Positions 1 through 12,036 of a stretch of DNA of 64,000 nt are shown piece by piece. The position numbers and the translations under genes are program-made. Each line of letters starts with the position of its first letter. Position 1 is the stretch's first letter. The notes beneath the pieces were generated by a model that searched no databases, was not told where the DNA came from, and saw only the letters and a program-made list of their open reading frames with translations. Origin of the DNA: Escherichia coli (lineage in GTDB: Bacteria; Pseudomonadota; Gammaproteobacteria; Enterobacterales; Enterobacteriaceae); assembly GCF_003334815.1 (NCBI RefSeq), contig NZ_QOWO01000010.1. The stretch is one strand, 5' to 3'.

Positions 1-61
1 CCGCTGTGGCTCTTGTATTATTGAAGATCTTTGTGAATACAAAGAGAAAGTTGACATCTGA
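1..61 (+). CDS. nth: endonuclease III, C-terminal end only (gene starts upstream of window)
   Basis: Frame 2 reads ...RCGSCIIEDLCEYKEKVDI then stop at 59-61; matches remembered Nth C-terminus with the Fe-S cysteine motif; synteny with dtpA downstream. Confidence 0.6.
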   Translation, partial: RCGSCIIEDLCEYKEKVDI

Positions 62-671
62 AGAAAAGGGGTAACACCGATTACCCCATTGATAACCTTT
101 CTTTATCCTCTTTTAAAACATCTTTTTAACGTCAATGATGCCATTGCTTAGCGTTATCATCAGGTAATCCGTTTGCGGATAACCAAAAATGCAGGTTAAT
201 TGTTTTTTTAATAGCGAAATTTTCTATTCATTCGTGATCAAGATCACGATGCTGTCGCAATGTAAAAACATTGCAAGAATCAGGTTAAAATCATTTAAAT
301 TTACACACGCAACAAATATTGACCTACAAAACATTACACTGGCTATTTTTCAGAAACTGGACTATCTCACTAGTAAAAACGCTAAATAGCAGAACATATC
401 GCCGTTAAGCCATCACCCCCCTCTCAGTGCAGTGAAAAAATCTGCCGTTACGTTTTTTGAAAAATTTAACGCTGGATAACATTTCCCGGAATGGTTGAAT
501 TCCCCGCCTCAGTTATATGTAACAGATTATTACAAAGGACTTGTCTGAAAGTGCAAGATAGTGAACATTACCTGCCGTTTCCCCTCCCACTATAACAATT
601 GCGCGTATGTTTTTTATACATAACGCGAGAAAGCACCCCCGTTAATATGGGATGTAAAAAAAGAGGTAAAA

Positions 672-2174
672 GTGTCCACTGCAAACCAAAAACCAACTGA
701 AAGCGTCAGTTTGAACGCTTTCAAACAACCGAAGGCGTTCTATCTCATCTTCTCGATTGAGTTATGGGAACGTTTTGGTTATTACGGCCTACAAGGAATT
801 ATGGCTGTTTACCTGGTTAAACAACTGGGTATGTCTGAAGCGGATTCAATCACCCTTTTCTCTTCCTTTAGTGCCCTGGTTTATGGTCTGGTCGCTATCG
901 GCGGCTGGTTAGGTGACAAGGTACTGGGTACTAAACGCGTAATTATGCTCGGCGCTATTGTGCTGGCGATTGGTTATGCTCTGGTTGCCTGGTCTGGTCA
1001 CGACGCCGGTATCGTTTATATGGGTATGGCGGCTATTGCGGTCGGTAACGGCCTGTTTAAAGCTAACCCGTCTTCTCTGCTTTCTACATGCTATGAGAAA
1101 AACGACCCGCGTCTGGACGGTGCATTCACCATGTACTACATGTCCGTCAACATCGGCTCTTTCTTCTCTATGATTGCTACGCCGTGGCTGGCCGCGAAAT
1201 ACGGCTGGAGTGTTGCGTTTGCGTTGAGCGTTGTAGGCCTGCTGATCACTATCGTTAACTTCGCCTTCTGCCAACGCTGGGTTAAACAGTACGGTTCAAA
1301 ACCAGACTTCGAGCCTATCAACTACCGTAACCTGCTGCTGACCATTATTGGTGTTGTGGCACTGATCGCTATCGCCACCTGGCTGCTGCACAATCAGGAA
1401 GTTGCGCGTATGGCGCTGGGCGTTGTTGCCTTCGGTATCGTGGTTATCTTCGGTAAAGAAGCCTTCGCGATGAAAGGTGCTGCGCGTCGTAAAATGATCG
1501 TTGCCTTCATCCTGATGCTCGAAGCCATTATCTTCTTCGTGCTGTACAGCCAGATGCCAACGTCACTGAACTTCTTTGCGATTCGTAACGTTGAGCACTC
1601 CATTCTGGGTCTGGCCGTAGAACCTGAGCAGTATCAGGCACTGAACCCGTTCTGGATCATCATCGGTAGTCCGATTCTGGCCGCTATCTATAACAAGATG
1701 GGCGATACCCTGCCGATGCCAACCAAGTTTGCAATCGGCATGGTGATGTGTTCTGGTGCGTTCCTGATTCTGCCGCTGGGTGCGAAATTCGCGTCTGACG
1801 CTGGTATCGTGTCTGTAAGCTGGCTGGTCGCAAGCTATGGCCTGCAGAGCATCGGGGAACTGATGATCTCTGGTCTGGGTCTGGCAATGGTTGCTCAACT
1901 CGTTCCGCAGCGTCTGATGGGCTTCATTATGGGTAGCTGGTTCCTGACCACTGCCGGTGCAAACCTGATTGGTGGTTATGTTGCGGGTATGATGGCTGTG
2001 CCGGATAACGTTACCGATCCGCTGATGTCACTGGAAGTCTATGGTCGCGTATTCTTGCAGATTGGTGTCGCTACTGCCGTTATTGCAGTACTGATGCTGC
2101 TGACCGCGCCGAAACTGCACCGCATGACGCAGGATGACGCTGCAGACAAAGCGGCGAAAGCAGCCGTAGCGTAA
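672..2174 (+). CDS. dtpA: dipeptide/tripeptide:H+ permease (POT/PTR2 family)
   Basis: 500-aa ORF, GTG start, [17 protein letters not shown]... recognised as DtpA (YdgR/TppB); multi-TM hydrophobic profile. Confidence 0.95.
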   Translation: MSTANQKPTESVSLNAFKQPKAFYLIFSIELWERFGYYGLQGIMAVYLVKQLGMSEADSITLFSSFSALVYGLVAIGGWLGDKVLGTKRVIMLGAIVLAIGYALVAWSGHDAGIVYMGMAAIAVGNGLFKANPSSLLSTCYEKNDPRLDGAFTMYYMSVNIGSFFSMIATPWLAAKYGWSVAFALSVVGLLITIVNFAFCQRWVKQYGSKPDFEPINYRNLLLTIIGVVALIAIATWLLHNQEVARMALGVVAFGIVVIFGKEAFAMKGAARRKMIVAFILMLEAIIFFVLYSQMPTSLNFFAIRNVEHSILGLAVEPEQYQALNPFWIIIGSPILAAIYNKMGDTLPMPTKFAIGMVMCSGAFLILPLGAKFASDAGIVSVSWLVASYGLQSIGELMISGLGLAMVAQLVPQRLMGFIMGSWFLTTAGANLIGGYVAGMMAVPDNVTDPLMSLEVYGRVFLQIGVATAVIAVLMLLTAPKLHRMTQDDAADKAAKAAVA

Positions 2175-2195
2175 AATTCAGGGAAACTCTTTTAC

Positions 2196-2229
2196 AAGCC
2201 GCTAACTTTTCGTTAGCGGCTTTTTTTTT
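2196..2229 (+). terminator. rho-independent terminator downstream of dtpA
   Basis: GC hairpin gccgctaac/gttagcggc followed by a run of nine T. Confidence 0.8.
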
Positions 2230-2279
2230 GTTCAGCAACGCACTACCATACTTTAAACCACAGACAAAAGGAGTTACCG

Positions 2280-2885
2280 ATGAAATTGTTCTACAAACCG
2301 GGTGCCTGCTCTCTCGCTTCCCATATCACCCTGCGTGAGAGCGGAAAGGATTTTACCCTCGTCAGTGTGGATTTAATGAAAAAACGTCTCGAAAACGGTG
2401 ACGATTACTTTGCCGTTAACCCTAAGGGGCAGGTGCCTGCATTGCTGCTGGATGACGGTACTTTGCTGACGGAAGGCGTAGCGATTATGCAGTATCTTGC
2501 CGACAGCGTCCCCGACCGCCAGTTGCTGGCACCGGTAAACAGTATTTCCCGCTATAAAACCATCGAATGGCTGAATTACATCGCCACCGAGCTGCATAAA
2601 GGTTTCACACCTCTGTTTCGCCCTGATACACCGGAAGAGTACAAACCGACAGTTCGCGCGCAGCTGGAGAAGAAGCTGCAATATGTGAACGAGGCACTGA
2701 AGGATGAGCACTGGATCTGCGGGCAAAGATTTACAATTGCTGATGCCTATCTGTTTACGGTTCTGCGCTGGGCATACGCGGTGAAACTGAATCTGGAAGG
2801 GTTAGAGCACATTGCAGCATTTATGCAACGTATGGCTGAACGTCCGGAAGTACAAGACGCGCTGTCAGCGGAAGGCTTAAAGTAA
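2280..2885 (+). CDS. gstA: glutathione S-transferase
   Basis: 201-aa [35 protein letters not shown]... recognised as GstA. Confidence 0.95.
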
Positions 2886-2889
2886 TAGC

Positions 2890-2916
2890 CATCGGCCCAC
2901 AGGTCGTTGTGGGCCG
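2890..2916. terminator. hairpin between convergent gstA and pdxY, probable bidirectional terminator
   Basis: inverted repeat cggcccaca / tgtgggccg between two convergent stop codons. Confidence 0.5.
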
Positions 2917-2928
2917 AAATGAGATATT

Positions 2929-3792
2929 TCAGAGCTTTGTTGCGCTGAAGTAATGTTCTGGTTTGGCAATACGATCCTGAGCAGCCACCACTTGCAGCTC
3001 ATATTCCTGCATTGCTTTGGTGGTCACCATGATTTCGTAGACTGCAGCGGTCACATGTTCCAGCGCCTCCTGCAGCGTTGCCCCCTGAAGCAGTTTCACC
3101 AGCAGTAAACCGCTCGTCACATCACCAACACCTACCGGCTGGCGCATACCAAAATCCACCAGCGGACGGCTGATATGCCAGGCTTCATCGGCGGTGACCA
3201 GCAGCATTTCAAAACGGTCACGGCTGTAGCCAGCTCGCGCCAGGTGTTTAACCAACACAATTTGTGGCCCTTGCGCAATGAGTTCGCGCGCTGCCAGAAC
3301 CGCTTCTTCGACGTTATTTACCGCATGCTCACAGAGTATTTCCAGCTCAACCAGATTTGGCGCAATGATATCGCTGGCAGGCAAACCGTGCCGCACATGA
3401 AACTCTGCGACACCCGGTGCAACGATACAGCCTTTTTCCGGATGACCCATTACCGGATCGCAAAAATATTTCGCCTGCGGATTCGCGGCTTTCACCTGAC
3501 GGACGATACCGAGGATATGTTCACCCTGCTCCGCCGATCCCAGATAGCCACTTAATACGGCATCACAGGTGTGTAATTTATCAATGGCGGCAATGCCTTG
3601 CACAATTTCGGTTAAATGGCTGGGCGGCATCACGCAGCCAGTCCATTTGCCGTATTGGGTGTGATTAGAAAATTGAACGGTGTTCAGCGGCCAGACGTTC
3701 GCGCCCAGGCGGCGCATCGGAAACTCTGCCGCACTGTTACCCGCATGACCATAAACAACGTGAGACTGGATAGCGAGAATATTTTTCATCAT
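2929..3792 (-). CDS. pdxY: pyridoxal kinase 2
   Basis: 287-aa [33 protein letters not shown]... recognised as PdxY. Confidence 0.95.
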   Translation of the reverse strand: MMKNILAIQSHVVYGHAGNSAAEFPMRRLGANVWPLNTVQFSNHTQYGKWTGCVMPPSHLTEIVQGIAAIDKLHTCDAVLSGYLGSAEQGEHILGIVRQVKAANPQAKYFCDPVMGHPEKGCIVAPGVAEFHVRHGLPASDIIAPNLVELEILCEHAVNNVEEAVLAARELIAQGPQIVLVKHLARAGYSRDRFEMLLVTADEAWHISRPLVDFGMRQPVGVGDVTSGLLLVKLLQGATLQEALEHVTAAVYEIMVTTKAMQEYELQVVAAQDRIAKPEHYFSATKL

Positions 3793-3850
3793 GTTCCCTG
3801 TATAAAAACCAGGGGGAGTGATTTCTCACTCCCCCTTTCCACTTAATGCA

Positions 3851-5125
3851 TTATTTCCAGCAAATCAGACAGTAATTCTTTTTACCGCGACGCAGTAAGG
3901 TAAAACGACCAAACAGACGATCTTCTTCTTTAAAGAAGTATTCAGGATCGGACTGTTTTTCACCGTTAATGGTGATGGCATTGGAGGCGATAGTTTTACG
4001 TGCCTGACCACGGGAAGGTTGCAGTTCAGAATCGACCAGTGCCTGCATCAGGTCTGCGCCCTTTTCCATCTCAACCATCGGTACGCCGTCCTGCGCCAGC
4101 TGTTCGAAGTCCGCTTCACTCAGCGCACTCAAAGAACCGCTGAACAGGCATTCGGTAATACGTTTTGCCGCCTGTAAACCTTCTTCACCGTGAACCAGAC
4201 GAGTCACCTGCTCCGCCAGTACATACTGGGCGCGCGGTGCTTTACCGCTGTTTTTATCTTCTTCTTCCAGGGCGTTGATCTCTTCAATGCTCATAAAGGT
4301 GAAGAACTTCAGGAAGCGGTAAACGTCGGCATCCGCAGTGTTGATCCAGAACTGGTAGAATTTGTACGGGCTGGTTTTCTTCGGATCCAACCAGACTGCG
4401 CCGCCTTCAGTTTTACCAAATTTGGTGCCATCTGCTTTAGTGATCAGCGGAACGGTCAGGCCAAACACCTGATTCTGATGCAGACGACGGGTCAGGTCGA
4501 TACCAGAAGTGATGTTACCCCACTGGTCAGAACCACCAATTTGCAGCACCACACCGTACTGTTTGTTCAGACAGGCGAAGTCATAACCCTGCAACAGGTT
4601 GTAGGAAAACTCAGTGAACGAAATCCCCTGATCTTCACGGTTGAGACGCTGCTTAACCGCTTCTTTGTTGATCATCTGGTTAACGGAGAAGTGTTTGCCA
4701 ATATCGCGCAGGAAGGTCAGCACATTCATATTGCCGAACCAGTCATAGTTGTTCGCCGCGATAGCAGAGTTTTCTCCACAGTCGAAATCGAGGAACGGGG
4801 CAACCTGCTTACGGATTTTGTCCACCCACTCCTGAACAGTTTCTTCGGTGTTCAGCTTACGCTCGGCAGCTTTGAAGCTCGGGTCGCCAATCAGACCCGT
4901 CGCGCCGCCTACCAGCGCAACCGGCTTGTGGCCCGCCTGCTGGAAGCGTTTCAGGCATAACAATGGAACAAGATGCCCCAAATGCAAGCTGTCAGCGGTA
5001 GGATCGAAGCCGCAATAGAGCGCGATCGGGCCTTGCGCCAGTCGCTCTGCTAACGCTTCCTCGTCCGTCACCTGGGCTACCAGCCCCCGCTCTTGCAATT
5101 GTTTAATCAAGTTACTGCTTGCCAT
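3851..5125 (-). CDS. tyrS: tyrosyl-tRNA synthetase
   Basis: ORF contains [18 protein letters not shown]... with HLGH and KFGKT class I motifs; start set at the internal ATG (5125) preceded by a GGAG RBS rather than the ORF-track start 5137. Confidence 0.95.
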
Positions 5126-5253
5126 CAAAATCTCCATGTATATAACGACTGCACCTTTGCCGGTACACGACTTTTCGCCAGATGCGAAAGAGACATAGAA
5201 TAAAGTGCCAGAATCAGGAGTACCAGCGATTAAAGCAAGATTTTTGCATCTTT

Positions 5254-5910
5254 TCAGGGTGCAAGACGATCAATCTTCCACGCATCATTTTCACGCTGGT
5301 ACAAAAAGCGGTCATGCAGGCGATGCTCACCACCCTGCCAGAACTCAATCTGTTCAAGGCTGACGCGAAAACCGCCCCAAAAGCTCGGCAATGGCACTTC
5401 GCCCTGTTGAAACTTCTGCTTCAGCTCCAGGAATTTACTTTCAAGGATACCGCGGGCAGAAATGCGACTGGACTGCTTCGAAACCCATGCACCAATCTGG
5501 CTATCACGCGGGCGGCTATGAAAATATTTCATCACTTCGAGAGTCGAAAGTCGTTCTGCTTTACCGATCACCATCACCTGGCGCTCAAGGGTATGCCACG
5601 GGAACAGCAGGCTAACGCGCGGATTATTTTCGATTTGATGTGCTTTACGGCTGCCGAGGTTGGTGTAAAACACCATGCCTTTTTCGTCGTAATGTTTGAG
5701 TAAAACGATGCGCTGATAAGGCTGACCATGTTCATCCACGGTAGCGACCACCATCGCGGTAGGGTCCGCCAGTTTGGCTTCACAAGCCTGAGAGAGCCAA
5801 CGTTCAAAAAGGGTTAATGGATCGGCGGGAAGATCGCGGCGGCGTAACCCGCCTTTGGTGTATTCACGGCGCAGATGCGCGATTTGCTGCAATTCGTCGT
5901 TATCAGACAT
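5254..5910 (-). CDS. pdxH: pyridoxine/pyridoxamine 5-phosphate oxidase
   Basis: 218-aa [35 protein letters not shown]... recognised as PdxH. Confidence 0.95.
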
Positions 5911-5968
5911 GGTTTTCTTTACGGATTGTCAGTGGGTGACGCTATTGTGCGCCGCCCCTGGAAAAATC

Positions 5969-6298
5969 TCAACGCTGTGGATTTTGTAACTGACAGTTAT
6001 TCAAGACGATGCGGTCGCGTTTATAGACAGTCGCTTCATCGCCTTTCGACCAGAAAACATAGATTCCGTCAGTGTAACGCGCGCCAGAGGCTGAAATGCC
6101 CTGTTTGAGATGCAGTAGTTGATTATCGTAAACAAAACTGACCTCCTGGCGCGGATTATTCAGTTTGACCGTCAACGGTTTTTCATCACACTGGTATTCC
6201 AGCGTATCGGTTTGCATGCGCTCAACCAGCTGATTAAAGGCGCTACAGCCGGAGAGAAGGACCGGCAAAATGATAATTAACAGTTTTTTCATAGTCAT
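5969..6298 (-). CDS. mliC: membrane-bound lysozyme inhibitor of C-type lysozyme (lipoprotein)
   Basis: 109-aa ORF with lipoprotein signal ...LLSGCSA; recognised as MliC (YdhA). Confidence 0.9.
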   Translation of the reverse strand: MTMKKLLIIILPVLLSGCSAFNQLVERMQTDTLEYQCDEKPLTVKLNNPRQEVSFVYDNQLLHLKQGISASGARYTDGIYVFWSKGDEATVYKRDRIVLNNCQLQNPQR

Positions 6299-6395
6299 AT
6301 CCCGAAGACTTTCCTGGTCTGGAGGGCAATACGCCCTCCCTAACGTTCCAAGTGTAACGGCAGACGCGGTAAGAAAAATTCAGTTAACTCTGATA

Positions 6396-7505
6396 TCACG
6401 GGTTAGCGGGGAAAATAGCCCCCAGTACCGTCTCCTGGCTTGCGCCAGTGACGGAAGGCAGATTTCCTGGTAATCCCGCCAGCGTCCGCCAGGCAAGCCA
6501 GGCGAAAGCCAATGCTTCCATGTCATCGCCACTAATGCCAACGGCATCGGTGGTGGTGACTTCTGTGCCTGGCAGTAATGCCGCCAGACGCGCCATGAGT
6601 AGCGGATTACGACTACCTCCACCACATACCATCAATCGTTCGCAGCCACCGCTCAACAAAACTTGTTCAGAAATGGTCACGGCGGTGAGTTCTGCCAGTG
6701 TCGCCTGCACATCTCGGGGATCAACACCCGGAAAATGGCGCAAATGGCGCTCCAGCCAACCATAGTTAAAGTATTCGCGTCCGGTGCTTTTCGGTGCAGG
6801 TTGCGAGAAATACGGGTCGCTGAGCATATTTTGCAGCAGTGGGAGAATAACTTTACCCGCCCGTGCCCACTCGGCATCTTTATCGTAAGGTTTACCGGCC
6901 TGACGCCAGATCCAGGCATCCATCAGCATGTTACCAGGACCGGTATCGTAGCCCCCAACCGGCTGCCCAGGAATGAGCAGTGACAGATTGGCGATGCCGC
7001 CAATATTGAGCACCATTCGTCGCTCGGTTGGGTGAGCCAGCAGCGCATGATGGAACGCAGGTACCAGCGGTGCGCCTTGTCCTCCCAAGGCAATATCGCG
7101 ACGGCGAAAATCACCGACAACCGTAATTCCGGTGCGTGCCACAATTTGATTGTTATCGCCAATCTGTAAAGTGTGTGGTGCCACGCCCGTCGGTTCATGC
7201 CAGACGGTTTGACCGTGACAACCGATCGCAACTATATCTCTTGCCTGCAGATTTTGTTCCTTAAGCAAGGCATTGACCGCATCAGCAAAAAGTCGCCCGA
7301 GTTGAGTATCAAGCTGTCCAAACTGCGAAAGTGTAAGCTGCTGGCCCTGGCAAATATCCAGTACAGCCTGTTTCAGAGATACCGGGATCGGCCAACTCAA
7401 ACTTGCCAGCTGTGCGACCCGGTGTTCATCAATTGTCGCCAACACAACATCAACACCATCAAGGCTGGTGCCTGACATAACGCCAATAAAGCGGCCCGAT
7501 TTCAT
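6396..7505 (-). CDS. anmK: anhydro-N-acetylmuramic acid kinase
   Basis: 369-aa [33 protein letters not shown]... recognised as AnmK (YdhH). Confidence 0.95.
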
Positions 7506-7778
7506 AGTTCATCCTTTTTCAATCTGACGTTTGCGCACCACTCAAACATAAACTTTTCGTGAATACCATGCGGAATGACCGATTTTTACCGTTGGTAGTA
7601 AAACATTATCTTCAAATCAATAATCATCATGAATGTTTTGTTTATAATTGGTTGATCCTACTTTCATTATGATTTGCTCATATTTGGTAGAACATGTAAC
7701 CATGGATTCACATATGCCATATACTTTGACCATGAGGGATGCTTGCGTGGCGTTTCATGGTGAACAGGAGATTTTTCA

Positions 7779-8246
7779 ATGATTAAACGCGTATTGGTTG
7801 TTTCAATGGTAGGTCTGTCTCTTGTCGGTTGTGTTAATAACGACACCCTGTCAGGGGATGTTTATACCGCTTCTGAAGCGAAACAAGTACAGAATGTCAG
7901 CTATGGCACCATCGTTAACGTACGTCCGGTACAGATTCAGGGCGGTGATGATTCCAACGTTATCGGTGCAATTGGCGGTGCTGTTCTTGGTGGTTTCCTG
8001 GGGAATACTGTTGGTGGCGGAACCGGGCGTTCTCTGGCTACTGCAGCAGGCGCTGTTGCAGGTGGCGTAGCTGGTCAGGGCGTACAGAGTGCAATGAACA
8101 AAACGCAGGGTGTCGAGCTGGAAATTCGTAAAGACGATGGTAATACCATCATGGTGGTACAGAAACAAGGCAACACTCGTTTCTCTCCGGGTCAACGTGT
8201 CGTACTGGCCAGCAATGGCAGTCAGGTGACCGTTTCTCCGCGCTAA
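7779..8246 (+). CDS. slyB: outer membrane lipoprotein SlyB
   Basis: 155-aa ORF with lipobox LVGCVN and glycine-rich core; recognised as SlyB. Confidence 0.95.
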   Translation: MIKRVLVVSMVGLSLVGCVNNDTLSGDVYTASEAKQVQNVSYGTIVNVRPVQIQGGDDSNVIGAIGGAVLGGFLGNTVGGGTGRSLATAAGAVAGGVAGQGVQSAMNKTQGVELEIRKDDGNTIMVVQKQGNTRFSPGQRVVLASNGSQVTVSPR

Positions 8247-8292
8247 ATAAGTTTGCGTGTGGTCAGGTTACTGACCACACGCCCCCTTCATT

Positions 8293-8733
8293 TCACCCTT
8301 TGGCCTGTAACTCAATGATATTATGCTCAAGTTTTGCGATGAGCGTAATCAGTTGCTCCAGTTCCTCTGCGGAGATGCCATGTAATATTTCCGCGCGGGT
8401 TTTGTTAATAACAGCTTCCATTTCGCTGATCAGCGGCTCTGCCTTTTCCGTCAGTTTAATACGTTTAGCCCGACGATCGCTGGCACAAGTTTGACGCGAA
8501 ATTAACCCTTTTTCTTCCAGTTGGTCCAGAGTACGGACCAGTGATGGCTGCTCGATGCCAATCGCTTTTGCCAGTTGAATTTGCGACTGGTCTGGAGGTA
8601 ACTGATGGATATTGTGTAACGTAACCCAATGGGTTTGTGTTAACTCCAGCGGTTTCAGGCGATGGTCTATCAGAGCACGCCATATGCGCACCAACCGTGC
8701 CAGATCAGAACCTAGTGGCGATTCCAATTTCAT
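8293..8733 (-). CDS. slyA: MarR-family transcriptional regulator SlyA
   Basis: ORF ...[34 protein letters not shown]... recognised as SlyA; true start may be the second ATG (8727). Confidence 0.93.
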
Positions 8734-8927
8734 CTCCTTATAATTAGCTTGCTAAGATATTATGCGGCTTTTAGAATAGTGTGCAGCAATTGTATTGCTA
8801 AAACAAATGTATTGCTGCATTTGGTTACCGTCAGACATATTTTTCAGAAATTGCGCGTAAATTTTTCGCACTTAAAGAATATTTATTAATCTAACGCAAT
8901 ATATTCGGTCGTAAAGGAATCTACTTT

Positions 8928-9164
8928 GTGAAGTTTATGCTCAATGCAACAGGATTGCCCTTACAAGATCTGGTGTTCGGTGCGTCCGTCTACTTTCCTC
9001 CGTTTTTCAAAGCATTCGCGTTTGGATTCGTCATCTGGCTTGTCGTACACCGCCTGCTTCGTGGCTGGATCTACGCCGGTGACATCTGGCATCCCTTGTT
9101 AATGGATTTATCGCTGTTTGCGATTTGCGTTTGCCTTGCTCTGGCAATACTGATTGCGTGGTAA
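8928..9164 (+). CDS. ydhI: small inner membrane protein, DUF1656 (AaeX paralog)
   Basis: 78-aa hydrophobic ORF directly upstream of a HlyD-family gene. Confidence 0.85.
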
Positions 9165-9166
9165 CT

Positions 9167-10024
9167 ATGTCAATTAAAACAATTAAGTATTTCTCAACAA
9201 TCATTGTAGCGGTAGTTGCGGTTCTTGCCGGATGGTGGCTGTGGAATTATTACATGCAATCTCCGTGGACACGCGACGGGAAAATACGCGCAGAACAGGT
9301 TTCTATCACCCCACAGGTGTCGGGACGTATTGTTGAGCTGAATATAAAAGACAACCAGCTGGTTAACGCGGGGGATCTTCTGCTCACGATCGATAAAACG
9401 CCCTTTCAGATCGCCGAGCTGAACGCACAGGCTCAGCTGGCGAAAGCGCAATCTGACCTCGCAAAAGCCAATAACGAAGCGAATCGTCGTCGTCATCTCT
9501 CACAAAATTTTATTTCTGCCGAAGAACTCGATACCGCTAACCTCAATGTTAAAGCGATGCAGGCCAGTGTTGATGCCGCACAGGCGACGCTGAAACAGGC
9601 ACAATGGCAACTGGCGCAAACGGAAATTCGCGCCCCGGTGAGTGGATGGGTGACTAACCTTACTACCCGCATCGGCGATTACGCTGATACCGGGAAACCG
9701 CTGTTTGCCCTTGTCGACAGCCACTCGTTTTACGTCATTGGTTATTTTGAAGAAACCAAGTTGCGCCATATCCGCGAAGGTGCACCAGCACAAATTACCC
9801 TCTATAGTGATAACAAAACGTTACAGGGTCACGTTTCCAGTATCGGTCGGGCGATTTATGATCAGAGCGTTGAAAGTGACTCAAGCCTTATTCCGGATGT
9901 TAAACCTAACGTCCCCTGGGTTCGACTCGCCCAACGCGTTCCCGTCCGCTTTGCGCTGGATAAAGTCCCAGGCGATGTCACGTTGGTGTCGGGCACCACC
10001 TGTAGCATTGCCGTAGGTCAATAA
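9167..10024 (+). CDS. ydhJ: membrane fusion protein, HlyD family (AaeA paralog)
   Basis: [27 protein letters not shown]... with coiled-coil region; start set at ATG 9167, 2 nt after the ydhI stop. Confidence 0.9.
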   Translation: MSIKTIKYFSTIIVAVVAVLAGWWLWNYYMQSPWTRDGKIRAEQVSITPQVSGRIVELNIKDNQLVNAGDLLLTIDKTPFQIAELNAQAQLAKAQSDLAKANNEANRRRHLSQNFISAEELDTANLNVKAMQASVDAAQATLKQAQWQLAQTEIRAPVSGWVTNLTTRIGDYADTGKPLFALVDSHSFYVIGYFEETKLRHIREGAPAQITLYSDNKTLQGHVSSIGRAIYDQSVESDSSLIPDVKPNVPWVRLAQRVPVRFALDKVPGDVTLVSGTTCSIAVGQ

Positions 10025-12036
10025 TGAACGCATCGTCATGGTCCTTGCGCAATTTGCCCTGGTTCAGGGCCACGCTGGCGCAATGGCGTTATGCGTTACG
10101 CAATACCATTGCCATGTGTCTGGCGCTGACGGTTGCCTATTATTTAAATCTGGATGAACCCTATTGGGCGATGACCTCGGCTGCAGTGGTTAGCTTTCCC
10201 ACCGTTGGCGGTGTTATCAGCAAAAGCCTCGGACGCATCGCTGGCAGTTTGCTCGGAGCCATTGCGGCACTGCTTCTTGCCGGGCATACGCTCAATGAGC
10301 CGTGGTTTTTTCTATTGAGCATGTCGGCGTGGCTTGGCTTTTGTACCTGGGCCTGTGCGCACTTCACGAATAACGTCGCGTATGCATTTCAACTGGCGGG
10401 CTACACGGCTGCCATCATCGCCTTTCCGATGGTTAATATTACTGAGGCCAGCCAGCTGTGGGATATCGCTCAGGCGCGCGTTTGCGAGGTAATAGTCGGT
10501 ATTTTGTGCGGCGGCATGATGATGATGATCCTGCCGAGCAGTTCCGATGCTACTGCCCTTTTAACCGCATTGAAAAACATGCACGCCCGATTACTGGAAC
10601 ATGCCAGTTTACTCTGGCAGCCTGAAACAACCGATGCCATTCGTGCAGCACATGAAGGGGTGATTGGGCAGATACTGACCATGAATTTGCTGCGTATCCA
10701 GGCTTTCTGGAGCCACTATCGTTTTCGCCAGCAAAACGCGCGCCTTAATGCGCTGCTCCACCAGCAATTACGTATGACCAGTGTCATCTCCAGCCTGCGA
10801 CGTATGTTGCTCAACTGGCCCTCACCGCCAGGTGCCACACGAGAAATTCTCGAACAGTTGCTGACGGCGCTCGCCAGTTCGCAAACAGATGTTTACACCG
10901 TCGCACGTATTATCGCCCCGCTACGCCCGACCAACGTCGCCGACTATCGGCACGTCGCCTTCTGGCAGCGACTACGTTATTTTTGCCGCCTTTATCTGCA
11001 AAGTAGTCAGGAATTACATCGTCTGCAAAGCGGTGTAGATGATCATACCAGACTCCCACGGACATCCGGCCTGGCTCGTCATACCGATAACGCCGAAGCT
11101 ATGTGGAGCGGGCTGCGTACATTTTGTACGTTGATGATGATTGGCGCATGGAGTATTGCTTCGCAATGGGATGCCGGTGCCAATGCATTAACGCTGGCAG
11201 CAATTAGCTGCGTACTCTACTCCGCCGTCGCAGCACCGTTTAAGTCGTTGTCACTTCTGATGCGCACGCTGGTGTTACTTTCGCTATTCAGCTTTGTGGT
11301 CAAATTTGGTCTGATGGTCCAGATTAGCGATCTGTGGCAATTTTTACTGTTTCTCTTTCCACTGCTGGCGACAATGCAGCTTCTTAAATTGCAGATGCCA
11401 AAATTTGCCGCATTGTGGGGGCAACTGATTGTTTTTATGGGTTCTTTTATCGCTGTCACTAATCCCCCGGTGTATGATTTTGCTGATTTTCTTAACGATA
11501 ATCTGGCAAAAATCGTTGGCGTCGCGTTGGCGTGGTTAGCGTTCGCCATTCTGCGTCCAGGATCGGATGCTCGTAAAAGCCGCCGCCATATTCGCGCGCT
11601 GCGCCGGGATTTTGTCGATCAGCTAAGCCGCCATCCAACACTGAGTGAAAGCGAATTTGAATCGCTCACTTATCATCACGTCAGTCAGTTGAGTAACAGC
11701 CAGGATGCGCTGGCTCGCCGTTGGTTATTACGCTGGGGTGTAGTGCTGCTGAACTGTTCTCATGTTGTCTGGCAATTGCGCGACTGGGAATCGCGTTCCG
11801 ATCCGTTATCGCGAGTACGGGATAACTGTATTTCACTGTTGCGGGGAGTGATGAGTGAGCGTGGCGTTCAGCAAAAATCACTGGCGGCCACACTTGAAGA
11901 ATTACAGCGGATTTGCGACAGCCTTGCCCGTCATCATCAACCTGCCGCCCGTGAGCTGGCGGCAATTGTCTGGCGGCTGTACTGCTCGCTTTCGCAACTT
12001 GAGCAAGCACCACCGCAAGGTACGCTGGCCTCTTAA
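10024..12036 (+). CDS. ydhK: putative efflux protein, FUSC/ArAE family (AaeB paralog)
   Basis: 670-aa multi-TM ORF; start overlaps the ydhJ stop (TAATG). Confidence 0.9.
   Translation: MNASSWSLRNLPWFRATLAQWRYALRNTIAMCLALTVAYYLNLDEPYWAMTSAAVVSFPTVGGVISKSLGRIAGSLLGAIAALLLAGHTLNEPWFFLLSMSAWLGFCTWACAHFTNNVAYAFQLAGYTAAIIAFPMVNITEASQLWDIAQARVCEVIVGILCGGMMMMILPSSSDATALLTALKNMHARLLEHASLLWQPETTDAIRAAHEGVIGQILTMNLLRIQAFWSHYRFRQQNARLNALLHQQLRMTSVISSLRRMLLNWPSPPGATREILEQLLTALASSQTDVYTVARIIAPLRPTNVADYRHVAFWQRLRYFCRLYLQSSQELHRLQSGVDDHTRLPRTSGLARHTDNAEAMWSGLRTFCTLMMIGAWSIASQWDAGANALTLAAISCVLYSAVAAPFKSLSLLMRTLVLLSLFSFVVKFGLMVQISDLWQFLLFLFPLLATMQLLKLQMPKFAALWGQLIVFMGSFIAVTNPPVYDFADFLNDNLAKIVGVALAWLAFAILRPGSDARKSRRHIRALRRDFVDQLSRHPTLSESEFESLTYHHVSQLSNSQDALARRWLLRWGVVLLNCSHVVWQLRDWESRSDPLSRVRDNCISLLRGVMSERGVQQKSLAATLEELQRICDSLARHHQPAARELAAIVWRLYCSLSQLEQAPPQGTLAS

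Noticed and set aside
189-389. 66-aa ORF in the nth-dtpA spacer
   Set aside because: AT-rich sequence, no convincing RBS, not recognisable as a protein; treated as non-coding leader or promoter DNA
4190-4960. 256-aa plus-strand ORF antisense to tyrS
   Set aside because: Shadow ORF within tyrS
7600-7700. PhoP box upstream of slyB
   Set aside because: slyB is a known PhoP target and there are TGTTT-rich stretches (gaatgttttgtttataattggttgat), but I could not place a clean direct repeat with the canonical 5-bp spacing by eye, so no feature is called
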